This document shows positions 62,601 through 64,000 of a stretch of 64,000 nt of DNA, one piece after another. Positions within the stretch are counted from its first letter, which is position 1; the number at the start of each line of letters is the position of its first letter. Origin of the DNA: Antedon mediterranea. Taxonomy: Eukaryota > Animalia > Echinodermata. The stretch covers positions 23,112,795-23,176,794 of the forward strand of contig NC_092670.1 of the NCBI RefSeq assembly GCF_964355755.1, in the 5' to 3' direction. The notes under the pieces were generated by a model. The model did not search any database, was not told the origin of the DNA, and saw only the letters and a list, made by a program, of their open reading frames with translations. A program made the translations under genes and the position numbers.

Positions 62601-64000
62601 AAATGTAATTTTGTCTCAAGCACAGCCTATTGGTAAAGTCGTAGATTATTTTTATCGAATTGAATTTCAAATGAGAGGAAGTCCACATGTTCATATGTTA
62701 GTATGGGTTGAAAATGCTCCTATTTTTGGTACAGATAAAGATAATGAAGTTATTAATTTTGTTGATAAATATATTTCTTGTGCTGTGCCATGTGAAACTG
62801 TAGATCGTGAACTGAATGAAATTGTTAAAAGTGTGCAAATTCACAGTAAAAGACATTCTAAATCATGTAAAAAAAAGGGAACAAATTGCAGATTTAACTT
62901 TCCCAGACAACCTTCTGGAAATACATTTGTTATGAGACCTACAATTGTGGATAAAGACAATGATGATAATGATGACAATAAACAAGCAACGGAGCTGTTA
63001 ACCTCAGTAAAAGATGCTGTGACTAATGAAGAAACATATAAAAATGCAATAGAACTTTTCCAAAGTTTAGGTATTACACAGAGTGCATTTGAGAAAGCAA
63101 ATAATTGTGTAGCTACTGAGGAAAAAATTGTTATAAAGAGAAACCCTCAAGATGTGTGGGTAAATCAATATAATCCTTCCTTATTGAGAGCATGGAATGC
63201 AAATATGGATATTCAATATATTACAAATGTATATGCATGTATAATTTACGTTATAGGATATATGTCAAAATCTGAACGTGAAATGGGTTTACTGTTAAAT
63301 CATGCAGCATCAGAAGTAAAAGAAGGCAATGAAGATGCTAGGCAAAGTTTGCGAAAACTTGGTAATGTTTATATGAATAATCGAGAAGTGTCTGCACAAG
63401 AAAGTATTTATCGTGTTTGTAGTTTAAGATTAAAAGAATGTTCAAGGAAAGTTGAATTTATCCCAGTAGGACCTAATCCTGTCAGAATGAGTTTACCACT
63501 AAGTGTAATTAAAAACAAAGAAGATGATGATGTAAGTGCATGGTTGCCAAATAAGATCGACAAATATAAAGCTCGACCTAATAGTTCTGAATTTAATAAA
63601 ATGTGCCTTGCAAAATTTTGTTCGGAATATAGAATATTGAGTTCATCAGAAATGAAAGGAAACAAACAAAAAAAGAATGTATTTCAGTTAAAAAAACAGT
63701 TGGGATTCATCCAAAAAAGAACACGAACTAGTAATGCTATAGTAAGATACCCTCGATTTCCAATGGATACAGCACCTGAGAAATATTTTTTGAGTATACT
63801 TCAGTTATTTCTACCATTTCGAAAAGATGAACAGTTAAAACCTCCAAATTTTGAAACGTATGAACAATTTCATGAGAAAGGATGTGTGAAATTATGTGGT
63901 TGTCAATTACAAACGGTAAAGTCAATAGTTCATGGAAACATGGAACAATATGAAAAAAGTGCTGAAGATGTTGAAGAAGCACGGGAATGTTTATCAAAAT
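56695..64000 (+). CDS. Second Helentron RepHel polyprotein, 3' end outside the window (>2435 codons)
   Basis: ATGGATATGGAATTC at 56695. The frame is still correct at the edge (GCT GAA GAT GTT at 63961). PHD, C76-like, OTU, repeats and Rep motifs are present. Its absence from the ORF track is consistent with no stop before the edge. Confidence 0.9.
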   Translation, partial: MDMEFIAVVSIFLLIIFTMIIYLCKNVNKEVTSKKQIFVNTTGNVNNGVMDKTAEFKIVVNDILDLLDECCSTENVTDERNDDTGNVNCEFMKDTTEFKGIIDDIINILSYGTEVTSEFDDTCDFCNIEVKVDDNCITCDCCSQYFHVKCVRDVFEDKLCNSRVIWICSMCGNSNFVDNMLGEIGIPCHFNRYTILEPDESVTSDFPELTKNKEKRCNNAKLKCQQTESEDLLGSDWMRVRSKKRTDNRKKRCKNRGNKKRRKRVINGISIEPGVKYIGKGVKDFYERRNNKMEWNMSTNTYREYNKENAKTNVLGNSQTIIDDSGRPMCDVLKNTKVTHGIQQQSGGGSKRLRNNKGRFVKTKKIDNKKEQGNVDLNLKNDCDTMERFDKNIKNMGNNDNSETKTDEDFKMKCTVENDNTATDDAKAQNNSKTNDRSRIIDSNGTDHKNQTCASCEFEENEVLIIDDGCKQAVTEKIRSHTKPKCDQHTIDVDIEVLTKNNFSEELIIDDVPKRKNTRKRQKTQSINELQVYNSNANITVAQGNFNQGNYRFGFASGKQCVANSLVAILYSTKRNGNEFYTKDLDTILTLGNELYRYIQKDSTMHEDLLMISELPKELDILDNTFVISPKESVFGIIDGNLEFMAEYGALSLNQALEQELHQHDAFFMNFNRSTFSIIKRVNGFLIFDPHARDRFGCVSEHGKSILLYSPSWQGVYDYCIRLARSMNCNLHETEFELTGVNIENKCMMLCSASVLDDNCEQSNLGNVDVDEPSTSYQYKCSTRLPDKNIDYKVKGKTHNKEGHVSSSNEWQSDSDIEIVNVQYGERPDKNFKFIPITEAQKKNMCKEVGIHCEHTDMNCGINRASQIGHPLQITNITGDGNCFYRAISYIISGTEDNHLLLRRAITNHLLETDDLFINTFSHEYRSVKEYVFKKRVMDNGTWASNTEISAMANFLNTDIYSFNDQLLTWQLFSAKKPGRIDDVTTDNGIYILYTMNVHFNVVESVNVSQNNVQETTGQVDMNVTSHNKLSNTEAIFLVKNSTTKKRKQTGNETCDTFEDIQPKHKQSKTVERPCSESRVKRKRSYRNSKEIKKNRQRIKRQSEEKKNSEEIDEIRIKYQSDSVYREEKKRKVKEAQQIRYGDDDYKFKKRKENRERQYKMYRCEPEYNVKVRNKARHNYKIDLDYRTTKKANNLINYKFNEKFTQNLKESKKNRYNNDTIFRHKSRQDNKQRNKEKYHNDPKFRQNLKQKLAAKYCNNSKFRENVTKTLAEKYRNNLKFRQKCKQKLAEKYRSNLKFRQNCKHKLAEKYRSNLKFRHNCKHKLAEKYRSNLIFRQNCKQKLAEKYRSNLKFRQNCKHKLAEKYRSNLKFRQNCKHKLAEKYRSNLIFRQNCKERLAKKYRSNLIFRQNCKERLAKKYWSNLKFRQNCKLKLAEKYRSNLKFRESVKQRCKQRFTEKYHGDKGFRKNVMKKNMKNREKRKTKNTNFEFVLENFRETVSRGPEYVCCVCFKMLFKDQVMKCTKAKYKNKACINEKYLHICNNECIKPCQFIESPRCRLWICFTCHRKLLNGKVPAEANSNNLQLHDIPPELRCLNNLEQHLIGLNIPFMKLMNLPKGGQHGIHGPVVCVPSNTIKTVKMLPRPQVDDQLISVKLKRKLSYKGYYKYKFVNTANVIQALRYLQDHNKCYFDIAINEEWHNYLSEDNIERETTNENENNEEEENEEEIEDRLCGATFDTSLQPVDRRQNLVDEYFNDIICCAPCENNSPIALLSNKSNEAKSFPVLFPTGQPTFHDTRDVKITLGRYFHNRLMHIDNRFAQNTEFIFYAQSLYELQQILSSISIALRKGSSKKDDFSKVTVSDLKNVTKIQEILKSDRGYKFLKQIRGTPPYWQATQKDIIAMVRQIGKPTFFLSFSSADFRWKEIMTTLLSQSGDQRNIEELEWADKCNLLKSNPVTVARMFDKRFHTYLKNVILSQAQPIGKVVDYFYRIEFQMRGSPHVHMLVWVENAPIFGTDKDNEVINFVDKYISCAVPCETVDRELNEIVKSVQIHSKRHSKSCKKKGTNCRFNFPRQPSGNTFVMRPTIVDKDNDDNDDNKQATELLTSVKDAVTNEETYKNAIELFQSLGITQSAFEKANNCVATEEKIVIKRNPQDVWVNQYNPSLLRAWNANMDIQYITNVYACIIYVIGYMSKSEREMGLLLNHAASEVKEGNEDARQSLRKLGNVYMNNREVSAQESIYRVCSLRLKECSRKVEFIPVGPNPVRMSLPLSVIKNKEDDDVSAWLPNKIDKYKARPNSSEFNKMCLAKFCSEYRILSSSEMKGNKQKKNVFQLKKQLGFIQKRTRTSNAIVRYPRFPMDTAPEKYFLSILQLFLPFRKDEQLKPPNFETYEQFHEKGCVKLCGCQLQTVKSIVHGNMEQYEKSAEDVEEARECLSK

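Larger units (their letters stand above)
49120..64000. mobile_element. Second autonomous-type Helentron copy, truncated by the window edge; left terminus not found nearby
   Basis: Collinear with about 5680-20215 (leader exons, microexon array, hairpin element, 90-bp repeats, RepHel) at an offset of about 43.5-43.8 kb. Confidence 0.88.

Overview
AT-rich eukaryotic (animal-like, GT-AG introns) DNA dominated by one rolling-circle transposon family of the Helentron/Helitron2 type. (1) Head-to-tail arrays of ~1.15-1.57 kb non-autonomous units (1-5458 and 26398-33192) share a CTAG+hairpin+subTIR end; most also carry a subTIR-inverted-repeat end. (2) An apparently intact ~20.9 kb autonomous element (5459-26397) sits inside the A-tract of one array unit with no target duplication. 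It encodes a 3105-aa protein: hydrophobic N-terminus, PHD finger, herpes-tegument-like (C76) deubiquitinase, OTU, basic 18-aa repeats, HUH Rep, Pif1 helicase and APE-type endonuclease. Its ORF is preceded by 15 tandem ~345-bp repeats that each contain an AG/32-nt/GTGAGT microexon, then a three-hairpin GC-rich structure and 90-bp repeats; it is followed by 3 more repeats with candidate microexons. (3) A ~15 kb duplicated segment (33430-48430) holds an intact 5-exon tandem OB-fold gene, which the ORF track shows only in fragments, plus decayed direct and inverted copies and MITEs. (4) A second RepHel copy (ATG 56695) runs open to the window edge, has the same leader architecture and lacks a nearby terminus. 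All calls are by eye; no searches were run.
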